This document shows, in pieces, positions 28,972 through 38,668 of a stretch of 64,000 bases of DNA. Source of the stretch: Candidatus Bathyarchaeia archaeon (lineage in GTDB: Archaea; Thermoproteota; Bathyarchaeia; Bathyarchaeales; Bathycorpusculaceae); the NCBI GenBank assembly GCA_050012255.1, contig JBEKHN010000001.1, forward strand, positions 288,001 to 352,000. The letters are read 5' to 3'. Each line of letters starts with the position of its first letter. Position 1 is the first letter of the stretch. A program made the translations under genes and the position numbers. The notes below the pieces were generated by a model. The model did no database searches. It was not told the origin of the DNA and saw only the letters and a program-made list of their open reading frames with translations.

Positions 28972-29664
28972 ATGTATGGAGAAGGCTCTGTCGTAGCTAT
29001 TATTGCCGCTCTCAACGAAGAGGAGGGTATTGGACTTACGATAGCGGAGCTACGGCAACATTTGGGGGACCTGCGTGTTCTGGTTGTTGACGGCAGAAGC
29101 ATCGACCGGACTGTTGAGCTGGCCAAGAACTCGGATGCAACCGTGGTTTTTCAAGAAGATGTGGGAAAAGGTGACGCGATAGCTAGAGGGATTCGAGAAG
29201 TCGATTGTGATGTGGAATATGTGGTTCTTACGGACGCGGATTACACTTATCCCGCAGAATACATCCCAATGATGTTGAAGATCTTGGATGAGAACCGAAA
29301 CGTCGGCATGGTCTGCGGAAACAGGTTCAATTCGCATTTTCATCTACGTGCAATGAACAATAGCTTCTACGCTGGCAACAGAATGCTGGCCTTAGCGCAT
29401 AACCTGTTTAACGGTGTCAGCCTGCGTGATCCACTGACCGGGCTGAGGGTTGTACGCTGGGAGATTTTGAAGGATTGGAAGCCTAAGTCCAAGGGTTTTG
29501 ATGTTGAGGTTGAGTTGAACCATCTCGTCGAGAACAAGGGCTTTACAATCGCCGAGGTGCCGATTCATTATAGGGATCGGCTTGGCGAGAAAAAGTTGAA
29601 GCTTAGGCATGGGTTCAGAATTTTCAATAGAATACTCGCTGAGAGCGTCCGCGAACGAGTCTAA
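28972..29664 (+). CDS. Glycosyltransferase family 2 (paralog of 27352..28065)
   Basis: Same motifs: AALNEEEGI, DADYTYP, DPLTG. Confidence 0.9.
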   Translation: MYGEGSVVAIIAALNEEEGIGLTIAELRQHLGDLRVLVVDGRSIDRTVELAKNSDATVVFQEDVGKGDAIARGIREVDCDVEYVVLTDADYTYPAEYIPMMLKILDENRNVGMVCGNRFNSHFHLRAMNNSFYAGNRMLALAHNLFNGVSLRDPLTGLRVVRWEILKDWKPKSKGFDVEVELNHLVENKGFTIAEVPIHYRDRLGEKKLKLRHGFRIFNRILAESVRERV

Positions 29665-29733
29665 GAGACTCGAACTGTAAGATTAGCTCCAGCGCGCGTT
29701 GCCTAACTTCGTCGTTGTAGGAGACTCGATCCA

Positions 29734-30498
29734 ATGCGGTTATTCTTTGTCATCCTTGCAAGAGACTCTGCGGATGTCAAAAGCAAGATCGAAGAAATGG
29801 AAAGATTACACTATCCATATGTCATAGTCTGCGGCGAAAAGGCAGGTTTAGCCAACGTTGTTTACAGACCACCGCGGGGAAAGTATGATGCCATCAACTT
29901 TGGAATGAGTTTCATTCCTCCTGAGACGGATGTTGTTGCTTTCAATGACGTGGACGCTGAAATTCACAATCTTGCGCCAGCCCTTGACTTACTTCGAGAT
30001 TCCAGTGTTTCCATGGTTTTTGCTAGGGTTGACGTCGAGCGAGGACCGCAGCTGTCGTTTTATTCCCTTCTAGATTCTGTGAGGGATAAAATTCCAGTTG
30101 CGGCGAGCGGAGAATTGATGCTGATTAGATACCAAGCGCTGAAGAGTATATTGCCTCTGAAAGGGTGCAAGGCTGAGGACTCTTACATTATGTTCAGAAT
30201 CTTGGAGAAAGGCGGAAGAGCAGTGTTCTGTAAAGAGTGCTACGTGACGACTCGTCGAACCTCTCATCCCGAAGAAGAGGAGCGATACAAACGCAGAACT
30301 GTTGGCGGCATATACCAGGCTCTTTCATTGGCGAGGCCTCCTGCCATTGTGAGGTTTTTTTACACGCTTTTGCCGTTTCTCTCGCCGTGGATGCTTGTTT
30401 GGGGAAAGAAGGGGTACTACTGGACGAAGGGTATACTGCTGGGTTACGTGGATTATATGAGGGGAGACAAGACGGCGTCCTGGCGTCCAACGTATTGA
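29734..30498 (+). CDS. GT-A fold glycosyltransferase
   Basis: GKYDAIN, FNDVD (DxD), SGEL, AEDS. Confidence 0.75.
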   Translation: MRLFFVILARDSADVKSKIEEMERLHYPYVIVCGEKAGLANVVYRPPRGKYDAINFGMSFIPPETDVVAFNDVDAEIHNLAPALDLLRDSSVSMVFARVDVERGPQLSFYSLLDSVRDKIPVAASGELMLIRYQALKSILPLKGCKAEDSYIMFRILEKGGRAVFCKECYVTTRRTSHPEEEERYKRRTVGGIYQALSLARPPAIVRFFYTLLPFLSPWMLVWGKKGYYWTKGILLGYVDYMRGDKTASWRPTY

Positions 30499-30588
30499 TA
30501 ACGTCAACGATTCCAGCAGAGATCAGCCCGCGCTACTACACTTAAGCTGGTTGCGTATGTTCATGTGGTGAATGGAGACATAATAGTG

Positions 30589-31647
30589 ATGTACAATCTT
30601 GCTTTCATCGGTTTTGGAAACGTGGGGCAGGGATTAGCTCGCACACTGGTCGACAAGAAAGCCCTCCTTAAGGCTGAACATGGGTTCGAATTCAAAACGG
30701 TCGCCGTGTCAGACATAAGAATGGGGTCGATTCTTGATGAGGATGGGGTTGACCTCGAAAGGCTCCTGCAACTTGCCAAACAAACTGGCATGATCAAGAG
30801 TTACAGAGATGGGCAGAGAGACATATCAGGCATGGAGATCGTGGAGAAAAAGGTCGCCGACATAATCATCGAAGTGACCTGGACAAATCTGGAGACTGGG
30901 GAACCAGGTCTAACTCACATCAGAAAGGCTCTTGCCGCTGGCATGCACGTGGTCACAACGAACAAGGGGCCGATAGCCTTGGCCTATCGGGAACTGGAAC
31001 AGTTGGCGAAGGACCATGATGTTTTCTTGAGGTTTGAAGGAACCGTCTTGACTGGCACGCCTACGATCAATCTTGTTTCTGAAGGCTTGGCCGGGGCTCA
31101 CGTCAAGTCTATCAGAGGAATCCTCAACGGAACGACGAACTATGTGCTGACACAGATGGAGACGGGGATGTCGTATGAGAAGGCACTGGAGAAGGCACAG
31201 AAACTTGGCTACGCAGAAGCTGACCCAACGATGGATGTGGACGCATGGGACCCAGCAGCCAAGATCACGATTCTTTCTAATGTCGCGATGAACGCTGACA
31301 TGAAAGTTGGGGATGTAGAAAGGACCGGGATAAGAGGCGTGACTGTCGAAGAAATCAAGTCAGCGCAAAAACAGGGCAAAAGATTAAAACTCATAGCCAA
31401 AGCATGGCGACAAGGTGACAACGTATGCGCCAAAGTCGCGCCGGAGAGTGTCCCCTCAACCAATGCCCTTGCCAGAGTTGAAGGAGTGCTGAACGCCGTA
31501 ACGTTTGAGACCGACGTGTTGAAGGATGTCACGGTGATTGGACCTGGAGCGGGGGGACCAGAGGCCGGATATGCCCTGCTGAACGACATGCTTGCTATCA
31601 ACAGATACCTCAGTCGAGCGAAATACAGCGGCAAGGATGAGAAGTGA
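30589..31647 (+). CDS. hom: Homoserine dehydrogenase
   Basis: IGFGNVG, HVVTTNKGP, FEGTV, GILNGTTNYVL, GYAEADPTMDVDAWD, GPGAG. Confidence 0.95.
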   Translation: MYNLAFIGFGNVGQGLARTLVDKKALLKAEHGFEFKTVAVSDIRMGSILDEDGVDLERLLQLAKQTGMIKSYRDGQRDISGMEIVEKKVADIIIEVTWTNLETGEPGLTHIRKALAAGMHVVTTNKGPIALAYRELEQLAKDHDVFLRFEGTVLTGTPTINLVSEGLAGAHVKSIRGILNGTTNYVLTQMETGMSYEKALEKAQKLGYAEADPTMDVDAWDPAAKITILSNVAMNADMKVGDVERTGIRGVTVEEIKSAQKQGKRLKLIAKAWRQGDNVCAKVAPESVPSTNALARVEGVLNAVTFETDVLKDVTVIGPGAGGPEAGYALLNDMLAINRYLSRAKYSGKDEK

Positions 31648-31696
31648 AATAGACAAGGAAAATTCCGGGAAGACACTACTGTTGAAAGAGACTGGC

Positions 31697-33028
31697 ATGC
31701 AGAAGGATTTCCTGGTGACGCACGCTCAAGATTCAGATAACATAGCTGACGTCGTGCAGAACGGTCTCTGCACCGGCTGTGGCACCTGTGTAGGGGTTTG
31801 CCCGGAAGCCGCTGTCACGATGCACGTTTCAGGCGCCTTGTTGCTGCCCAAAGTCAGAGAGGACGCGTGCACGCATTGCCGTCTTTGCCTTCAGTGTTGT
31901 GCTGGCTATTCTTTAGACTTTGACGAGTTGAACGCCGAGATCTTTGGAAAGAGGCCAGAGGACCGCCTCATAGGTAACTTCTTGGGATGTTATGTTGGGC
32001 ATTCAACCGACGATGGATTGCGGCTTGACGGTTCTTCTGGAGGAGTAGCGACGCAACTGCTACTCTATGCCCAGGAAACGGGCGTGATCAACGGCGCGCT
32101 AGTTGTGGGAATGAGGAAAGACGAGCCATTAGTCCCCGAGCCTTTTATCGCGAGAACAAGGGAAGAGATGGTTTCCGCTTCAAAGTCGAAATACTGTCCA
32201 GTTGCAACGAATACTGCCGTGAACAAGATACTATCGGAAGATGGCAAGTTTGCCGTCGTTGGGTTGCCCTGTCACATCCATGGGATTAGAAAAGCTGAAA
32301 GAGTCTCAAAGAGTGTGAGGGAAAAAATAGTCTTGCACGTTGGCCTTTTTTGCGGGCACACGGTGAATTTCGCGGGAACAGAGCTTCTTCTCAACAAGCT
32401 TCGGATTGGGAAGAACGATGTCGCACGGATTGAATACAGAGGTTGTGGACACCCCAGTTTCATGTCAATCCAGTTGAAGAACGGCCGAACCGTGAAGTTT
32501 CGTTTCAATAGAGGCTGGAACGCGTATTGGAATGTTTTCTCCAGTTTCCTCTTCACTCCCTTGCGCTGCATGACCTGTCCGGATCAATTCAACGAACTGT
32601 CCGACGTTTCTTTAGGGGATGCCTGGCTTCCGGAGCTTGGACACGGTAGATTGGCCGAATCAGCAATAATCACGAGAACACCTGTTGCTGAGGAGATGAT
32701 TTCTTCAATGAGGAAGAGTGGCGTGTTGTCCGTTAGACCCGTCCCCCCGGAGAAGATCAGGCAGTCACAGTCTTTCAGCTTGAACTTCAAGAAAGAACAG
32801 TTTTCTGCTCGAGCTTCCGTCTTCAGAGTGTTGGGACATCCGACACCTTGGCTCGTTCCTGAAGCCCCGGATTCAAGGCTGATGGCGTTTGTTGGGGCAT
32901 TCTTTTCCTACCTCAGCTTCCGTGTCTCTTCAAGTAAGCGTTTGAGTTCAGTGTTGCTTTATGTCCCGTTGCCACTGTTCAGAGTCTACTTTGGCGTGTT
33001 TAAGAGCATCTATCTCTTGTCAAGTTAG
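31697..33028 (+). CDS. FrhB/FdhB-like (F420 hydrogenase beta subunit family) protein with 2x[4Fe-4S] ferredoxin domain
   Basis: CTGCGTCVGVCP, CTHCRLCLQCC, SSGG, SKY, VGLPCHI, GLFC, RCMTCPD, DVSLGDAW. Confidence 0.9.
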   Translation: MQKDFLVTHAQDSDNIADVVQNGLCTGCGTCVGVCPEAAVTMHVSGALLLPKVREDACTHCRLCLQCCAGYSLDFDELNAEIFGKRPEDRLIGNFLGCYVGHSTDDGLRLDGSSGGVATQLLLYAQETGVINGALVVGMRKDEPLVPEPFIARTREEMVSASKSKYCPVATNTAVNKILSEDGKFAVVGLPCHIHGIRKAERVSKSVREKIVLHVGLFCGHTVNFAGTELLLNKLRIGKNDVARIEYRGCGHPSFMSIQLKNGRTVKFRFNRGWNAYWNVFSSFLFTPLRCMTCPDQFNELSDVSLGDAWLPELGHGRLAESAIITRTPVAEEMISSMRKSGVLSVRPVPPEKIRQSQSFSLNFKKEQFSARASVFRVLGHPTPWLVPEAPDSRLMAFVGAFFSYLSFRVSSSKRLSSVLLYVPLPLFRVYFGVFKSIYLLSS

Positions 33029-33037
33029 GGGGTCTCG

Positions 33038-34429
33038 TTGAGCTTGTGTTCTCTTAAAGTGCACATAATCCATGTTGGAAACATGGCAAACAAGGGAACA
33101 CAGGCTTTGCTTAAGAGCGACATGTCCGTGATAGGTGATGTTTTCAAAGGCAACGTTACGTTTTCTGTTTCCACCACAGACGTTGAAGGTGTAAGACGGT
33201 TAATTGCGCCCTACAACTCTGTGATGCCTACGACGATCGACATACCTTACGAGAGGGCAGACTTCTACGTGAGGAGATTTGGCTTGGAGAGAAATAGCCT
33301 CAGGTACAAAGTCTTCGCCTTTGCCAGTTTGCTCTACATGTTTGCTCAGGCATGCCTCTCAATTTTCTCGGTTTTTCTTGCGAAGGCGAAGTTGAAACCA
33401 GTCTATCGAGGCGAGATTCTGGAACATGTTAAGGCCTGTGACCTGGTTGTGTCTTGCAGTGACGAAAACTTCAAAGAAAGCGCATCCATGCTCCCACTGA
33501 ATGTCTATTGGATCCCAACGTGGTGGTCTTTGCTAGTTTCGAGAACCTGGGAAATTCTGCTCGCGAAATCGATGCGGAAACCCGTAGTTGTGTTTCCCAA
33601 CTCAATTGGGCCTTTTCGGACACGTATGGGGCGCATGCTATCAAGAACTGCGCTCGACAACTGTGATTTTATTCTCGTAAGGGATCCTATCTCATACGGA
33701 GCAGTCAAAACCTTGGGTGTAAGATCGCCTGTGATCTTGACGTCTGACACAACTCTTCTTTTCAATTCAACCCATAAATCGTCGACAGACAATTGCACCA
33801 GTGGGCTTTCTGATTTGAATGGAATAGTGGGCGTTTCTCCTGGAATATACAGTCACAGCCTTCCTGAAAAGAGGGTTCATGAGTATATTGAAGCTCACGC
33901 AAAGGCGTTGGACGGGGCAATCGAGCAGTATGGTTTTTCGGTTGTTTTTCTTCCCCATTACGTGAGTGGTTTTTCTCTCGATGATTTAGAGGTGTGTAAG
34001 CTCATACTCGGTAAGATGAAGAACGTGGAAAGGGCTAGGATAATCAACTGCAATACCGTTGAAGAGTATTCTTCTTTGATAGGGCAGATGGACATGATCA
34101 TATCTTCGAAAATGCATCCTGCTGTTCTGGCAGCTTCTTCGTTTGTGCCGTCGGTGTGCGTTGCTTACGATTACAAACAGACTGGTTTTTTTGTGAGCCT
34201 GGGGTTGGGCGATTGTGTCGTTCCTCTGAATGAGTTTTCATGTAAGCAGCTTTCCACAAAGATTGACTATGTTTGGACCAGGAGAAGTGAGATTAGGGGC
34301 CTGCTGAAGAAACGTGTTCCGGATCTTCAGAAGCAAATCAGAGAGTCCATCACGCAGGCCGTTGGGCCCTTCATCGAACTTTGCGTTCGAGGAAAACAAG
34401 ATACCAATAGTGATTTAACGGGGCGATGA
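33038..34429 (+). CDS. Polysaccharide pyruvyl transferase family (WcaK-like)
   Basis: NKGTQAL, NSIGPF, VRDPIS, SSKMHPAV, YDYK. Confidence 0.88.
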   Translation: MSLCSLKVHIIHVGNMANKGTQALLKSDMSVIGDVFKGNVTFSVSTTDVEGVRRLIAPYNSVMPTTIDIPYERADFYVRRFGLERNSLRYKVFAFASLLYMFAQACLSIFSVFLAKAKLKPVYRGEILEHVKACDLVVSCSDENFKESASMLPLNVYWIPTWWSLLVSRTWEILLAKSMRKPVVVFPNSIGPFRTRMGRMLSRTALDNCDFILVRDPISYGAVKTLGVRSPVILTSDTTLLFNSTHKSSTDNCTSGLSDLNGIVGVSPGIYSHSLPEKRVHEYIEAHAKALDGAIEQYGFSVVFLPHYVSGFSLDDLEVCKLILGKMKNVERARIINCNTVEEYSSLIGQMDMIISSKMHPAVLAASSFVPSVCVAYDYKQTGFFVSLGLGDCVVPLNEFSCKQLSTKIDYVWTRRSEIRGLLKKRVPDLQKQIRESITQAVGPFIELCVRGKQDTNSDLTGR

Positions 34430-34460
34430 TTATTATGAAGAACAATGAGAGGCACAATTT

Positions 34461-35783
34461 TTGGTTAATTATTTGAGAGCGTACTATTACTTTCGCATTT
34501 TGCTTGGGCGACTGTACTGGCCCAGGGAGAGATTAAGAAAATATCAGAATGCGAAGCTCAAGGAAACATTGGGATACGCTTATGAAAACGTGCCATTTTA
34601 TCGCAGAAAATTCAGAGAGGCGGGACTCAAACCGAACGACCTGAAAAATGTTGAAGACTTGGAAAGATTTCCCGTCACGACAAAGGACGAAATAAGGAAA
34701 AACTTCTGTGAAACAGTTTCTGGAGAATACAGCGCCCTGAGGCTTAAGATGCGCAGGACCAGCGGCTCGACGGGGCAGCCGTTGTTCTTTTACATAAGTG
34801 GGGTCGAAGATGAGTTCAGAAAGGCTAGACATCTAAGGGCGAACACGGTTTGCGGTCAGGGGCTGAGAGACAGGTATGTCACGATCACGCATCCGCTTTA
34901 TTTTAGCCAAACCACGCGTCTCCAGCGTCTACTGGGTTTCTATGCGGCCCTTCCCGTGTCAGTTTTTGATGATGTGGACAAGCAGATTTCGGTCATAAAG
35001 AATCTCAGGCCAGATATTTTGGATGGGTATGCGAGCAGTCTGCTGTTGTTGGCTCATCGCATCGACGACAAAGGTGTTGATGCCATAAAGCCTAGGTTTT
35101 TGATAAGCGGTGCCGACCTGATTGACTTGCAGTCGAGAAGATACGTCGAAAAAGTTTTCAACGTGCCATTCTACGACCAGTACGCGTGTGCTGAGCTTGA
35201 GAGACTCGCTTGGGAATGCGAGGAACGGGCAGGTTACCATATCGATGCAGACTCGTTGATAATGGAGTTTGTTGATGAACGCGGGAACCATGTTGCACCA
35301 GGCGAAACGGGGGAGATAGTTTGCACCAGCCTATTCAACCGTGCTATGCCGTTTATCAGGTACAAGATAGGCGACATCGGAAAGTCTTCAGAAGAGGAGA
35401 CGTGTCCTTGCGGAAGAACTTTCCCCTTGATGAAGTTGCTGGAGGGAAGAAAGGACGCGACGGTCTTCTTGCCCGATGGGAGGGCGTTGTCCTCGTTCGC
35501 GCTGATCGCGGCAATGTACCAGTTGAGCTTCTACAAGGATATTGATCAGTTTAGGGTTGTCCAAAAGAAAGAGAACCTTCTGAGTTTCATGATCAAAACA
35601 AAAGAGAATGTTCTCAGCAAAAAAGAGGCAGAGAAGGAACTGGTTGGGCTTTTCAACCGGGCACTAAGCCTCGAGGAGGATGAAGTTGAGTTTCAAGTGG
35701 ATTTTGTCGACGACATCCCCTTGGACAAGAGCGGCAAGTTCAGCGTGGTTATTTCGGAGTTGAGCCAGACCTCTAACTGTTGA
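34461..35783 (+). CDS. Phenylacetate-CoA ligase/CapK-like adenylate-forming enzyme
   Basis: VPFYR, RTSGSTGQP, YDQYACAE, MPFIRYKIGD, EGRKD, DKSGK. Confidence 0.9.
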   Translation: MVNYLRAYYYFRILLGRLYWPRERLRKYQNAKLKETLGYAYENVPFYRRKFREAGLKPNDLKNVEDLERFPVTTKDEIRKNFCETVSGEYSALRLKMRRTSGSTGQPLFFYISGVEDEFRKARHLRANTVCGQGLRDRYVTITHPLYFSQTTRLQRLLGFYAALPVSVFDDVDKQISVIKNLRPDILDGYASSLLLLAHRIDDKGVDAIKPRFLISGADLIDLQSRRYVEKVFNVPFYDQYACAELERLAWECEERAGYHIDADSLIMEFVDERGNHVAPGETGEIVCTSLFNRAMPFIRYKIGDIGKSSEEETCPCGRTFPLMKLLEGRKDATVFLPDGRALSSFALIAAMYQLSFYKDIDQFRVVQKKENLLSFMIKTKENVLSKKEAEKELVGLFNRALSLEEDEVEFQVDFVDDIPLDKSGKFSVVISELSQTSNC

Positions 35784-35794
35784 AGTGAGACTCG

Positions 35795-37108
35795 TTGACC
35801 AACTATTTCAGGGCTTCGTACTACTTGTACTCTTTGATGCGACGTGCCTACTGGCCAGAAGAAAGACTGCTGCAACATCAAAACAGACAGGTCAGAAGCG
35901 TCGTGAAGTACGCTTACGACAACGTCCCATTTTACCATAGAAGGCTGAAGGAAGCAGGTGTCGACCCGAGCGAAATCAGAACTGCTGACGATCTGAACAA
36001 GTTGCCCATCCTTGCCAAGGACGACGTGAGGAAGAACCTTGAACAGATGATTTCAAAGGAATTCGACGTTGCGAGGTTGAAGAGGCTTCGGACGAGTGGT
36101 TCGACAGGCAAGCCCCTGCACTTCTACATAACCTGGTCGGAGGACGAGTTCAGAAAAGCGAAACACCTCAGGGCCAACATGAGCTGCGGGCAGAAGCCCT
36201 GGGACAAGTGGGTTCTAATAACCTCACCCTTGCACTTTGGCGAAATCAAGAGCCTGCAGAGGCTGCTTGGCATTTTCGTTCCGACTCCGGTGCTCGTGTT
36301 CTATGATGTTGGCACGCAAGTTTCCCTTGTCGAGCAGATGCGACCAGACGTGCTTGACGGCTACTCCAGCTCTCTTCTCCTGCTCGCTAAAGAAGTGAAG
36401 AGGAGGGGAACGCACATGGTTAAGCCGAGGCTCATCATCGGCGGCGCCGAATTCATCGGTGATTCTTCAAGGCGGTTTATTGAGGAAGCGTTTGACGTGC
36501 CGTTTTATGACCAGTACGCTTGTGAGGAAATGGAGAGAGTCGCCTGGCAATGCAAAGAGAGACATGGGTATCACGTTGACGCCGATTCCATGATCTTGCA
36601 GTTTGTCAATGATGGCGAAGAGGTTTCTCCCGGCGAAAGTGGCGAGATAGTCTGCACCAGCCTGTTCAACTACGCGATGCCGTTCATCCGGTACGCGGTA
36701 GGCGACGTTGGGGTGCCCTCTGATGAGAAGTGTCCTTGTGGCAGGTCACTTCCTCTGATGAAAGTGGTTGAAGGACGAAAAGACTCGTTCCTCGTGCTTG
36801 CCGATGGCCAGGTCATGTCTCCCTTCGCTTTTGACGCGGCCATGTGTCTGTTCAAGTTCCACGATGACATCGACGAATATCGTGTGATACAGAGAAAAGC
36901 CGATGTTTTCGAGTTTCTGATCAAGATGGGCCGTGAAGGCCCGGATGAGAGAACCGTGGAGGAAGAGTTGCTGACGCATCTGAAGAAGACGTTGAATATG
37001 AGCCCCGAAAAAGCCTCGTTTAGAATCAGATTCGTCGACAGCATCCCCCTGGACAAGAGTGGGAAGCTGAGGAAGGTCGTTTCAGAGCTCGGTCAAACTC
37101 TTGAATAG
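35795..37108 (+). CDS. Phenylacetate-CoA ligase/CapK-like enzyme (tandem paralog)
   Basis: RTSGSTGKP, YDQYACEE, MPFIRYAVGD, EGRKD. Confidence 0.9.
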   Translation: MTNYFRASYYLYSLMRRAYWPEERLLQHQNRQVRSVVKYAYDNVPFYHRRLKEAGVDPSEIRTADDLNKLPILAKDDVRKNLEQMISKEFDVARLKRLRTSGSTGKPLHFYITWSEDEFRKAKHLRANMSCGQKPWDKWVLITSPLHFGEIKSLQRLLGIFVPTPVLVFYDVGTQVSLVEQMRPDVLDGYSSSLLLLAKEVKRRGTHMVKPRLIIGGAEFIGDSSRRFIEEAFDVPFYDQYACEEMERVAWQCKERHGYHVDADSMILQFVNDGEEVSPGESGEIVCTSLFNYAMPFIRYAVGDVGVPSDEKCPCGRSLPLMKVVEGRKDSFLVLADGQVMSPFAFDAAMCLFKFHDDIDEYRVIQRKADVFEFLIKMGREGPDERTVEEELLTHLKKTLNMSPEKASFRIRFVDSIPLDKSGKLRKVVSELGQTLE

Positions 37109-37232
37109 CTAACGTCTTTCGAAGGTGCAAGTGGCCCTTGTTCAGAGCTCAAACCCGAATACAGAATAATTATCACAGATAAACAAAACCTAAATGTCGA
37201 TGCGGAATGGAAGTTTTGGAGACTTAGGCTGA

Positions 37233-38621
37233 ATGTCTGACGGTGAGTTTGAGGGTCTGCATTTTCCTGAGGCGCCGAAGATCGTCGTGAAGCCTCCTGG
37301 CCCAAAATCGAGAGAGATGCTTCAGAGGCAAAGTCTTGTCGAAACTGCTGCGGTTTCGTATCCGAAGGCCCTGCCGATGGCCCTTGAAGAAGGCAGAGGG
37401 GCAACTCTGAAGGATGTTGACGGCAACGTTTACATTGATTTCTTGGCAGGGGCTGGAACCGTTAACGTGGGTCACTGCAACCCCGAGGTTGTGCGGGCAG
37501 CGAAGCAGCAGATGGAGATGTTGACACACTGCCTCGATTTTCCCACGCCCGTCAGAATGGAACTCACGAGGGAACTGTTTCCGCTGCTTCCGGGGAAGCT
37601 GAAGAGCGATGCGAAGATCTTCATAGTGGCGCCCACGGGGGCAGATGCTGTTGAGACAGCCGTGAAATTGGCCAAGTTCAATACGCGTCGTGTCGGCCTG
37701 GTTTCGTTTGAAGGTGCCTATCACGGAATGACGGCGGGTTCACTGGCGCTGACAGCGGACACCGAGTTCAAGAAGGATTACATGCCGATGATGCCAGAGG
37801 TGCATTTTGTTCCTTACGCGTACTGTTACCGCTGCGCCTTCGGGAAAGAATACCCCGATTGCGACCTCGAATGTGCAAGATACGTGCGACACGTGCTGGA
37901 AGATCCGAATTCAGGTGTCGTTGACCCTGCTGCCATAATTGTAGAGGCGGTTCAGGGGGAGGGCGGGTCGATTCCCCCGCCTGAAGGGTTCATGGCGGAG
38001 ATCAGAAGGATATGCGCAGACCATTCCGTACCGCTTATAGTTGACGAGATTCAGGCGGGCATGTGTAGAACCGGCAGAGTTTGGGCGTGCGAGCATTCTG
38101 GAATAACTCCTGACATCATGACGATCTCAAAGGGAATCGGAGGAGGGCTTCCGCTGGCAATGGTCGCGTTTGACAAGAACCTTGACACGTGGAAGAAGGG
38201 GGCGCATGTGGGCACGTTCAGGGGCAACGTGGTCGCCTTGGCCGCCGCAGTCGCAACAGTGAGGTTTGTGAAGGAGCACAAGCTTTGGGAACACGCTGCC
38301 AGCTTGGGCAAAGAAGTTTTTCTACCAAGACTGGACGAGTTGAAAGAGGAGACTGAACACATCGGGGACGTCCGAGGGAAGGGGTTGATGGTGGGCGTTG
38401 AGTTTGTCAAAGATAGGAAGAGCAAGAAGCCGTGGCCTGAAATAGCGGGGGAAGTTCGAAAGACGTGTTATGAGATGGGGTTGATAACCGAGGTTGGAGG
38501 ACACTACCAGAACGTCATCAGGTTTATACCCCCGTTGGTTATTACGAAGAAGTTGGCCGAAACTGGATTAGAGATTTTTGCGGAAGCAACAAAGAGGGTT
38601 GAATCGTCTAAGTCTAGGTGA
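37233..38621 (+). CDS. Class III PLP aminotransferase, diaminobutyrate--2-oxoglutarate (Dat/EctB)-like or GabT-like
   Basis: PTGADAVETAVKLAK, GAYHGMT, VQGEGG, DEIQAGMCRTG, SKGIGGGLP, GAHVGTFRGN. Confidence 0.88.
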   Translation: MSDGEFEGLHFPEAPKIVVKPPGPKSREMLQRQSLVETAAVSYPKALPMALEEGRGATLKDVDGNVYIDFLAGAGTVNVGHCNPEVVRAAKQQMEMLTHCLDFPTPVRMELTRELFPLLPGKLKSDAKIFIVAPTGADAVETAVKLAKFNTRRVGLVSFEGAYHGMTAGSLALTADTEFKKDYMPMMPEVHFVPYAYCYRCAFGKEYPDCDLECARYVRHVLEDPNSGVVDPAAIIVEAVQGEGGSIPPPEGFMAEIRRICADHSVPLIVDEIQAGMCRTGRVWACEHSGITPDIMTISKGIGGGLPLAMVAFDKNLDTWKKGAHVGTFRGNVVALAAAVATVRFVKEHKLWEHAASLGKEVFLPRLDELKEETEHIGDVRGKGLMVGVEFVKDRKSKKPWPEIAGEVRKTCYEMGLITEVGGHYQNVIRFIPPLVITKKLAETGLEIFAEATKRVESSKSR

Positions 38622-38668
38622 GTCTGAACGCGCGTGCCGCTTGTAGGCAATGAAGATGCTTGTTGACT

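Larger units (their letters stand above)
27876..29676 (+). repeat. 202-bp near-identical direct repeat (27876-28077 and 29475-29676) covering the 3' ends of two GT2 genes
   Basis: About 5 mismatches by eye; identity extends 12 bp past the stop codons. Confidence 0.9.

Noticed and set aside
31697-33028. Methanogenesis-type F420-reducing hydrogenase
   Set aside because: No FrhA/FrhG or maturation genes; the context is glycan biosynthesis.
37233-38621. Ectoine biosynthesis cluster
   Set aside because: ectA and ectC are absent from the window.
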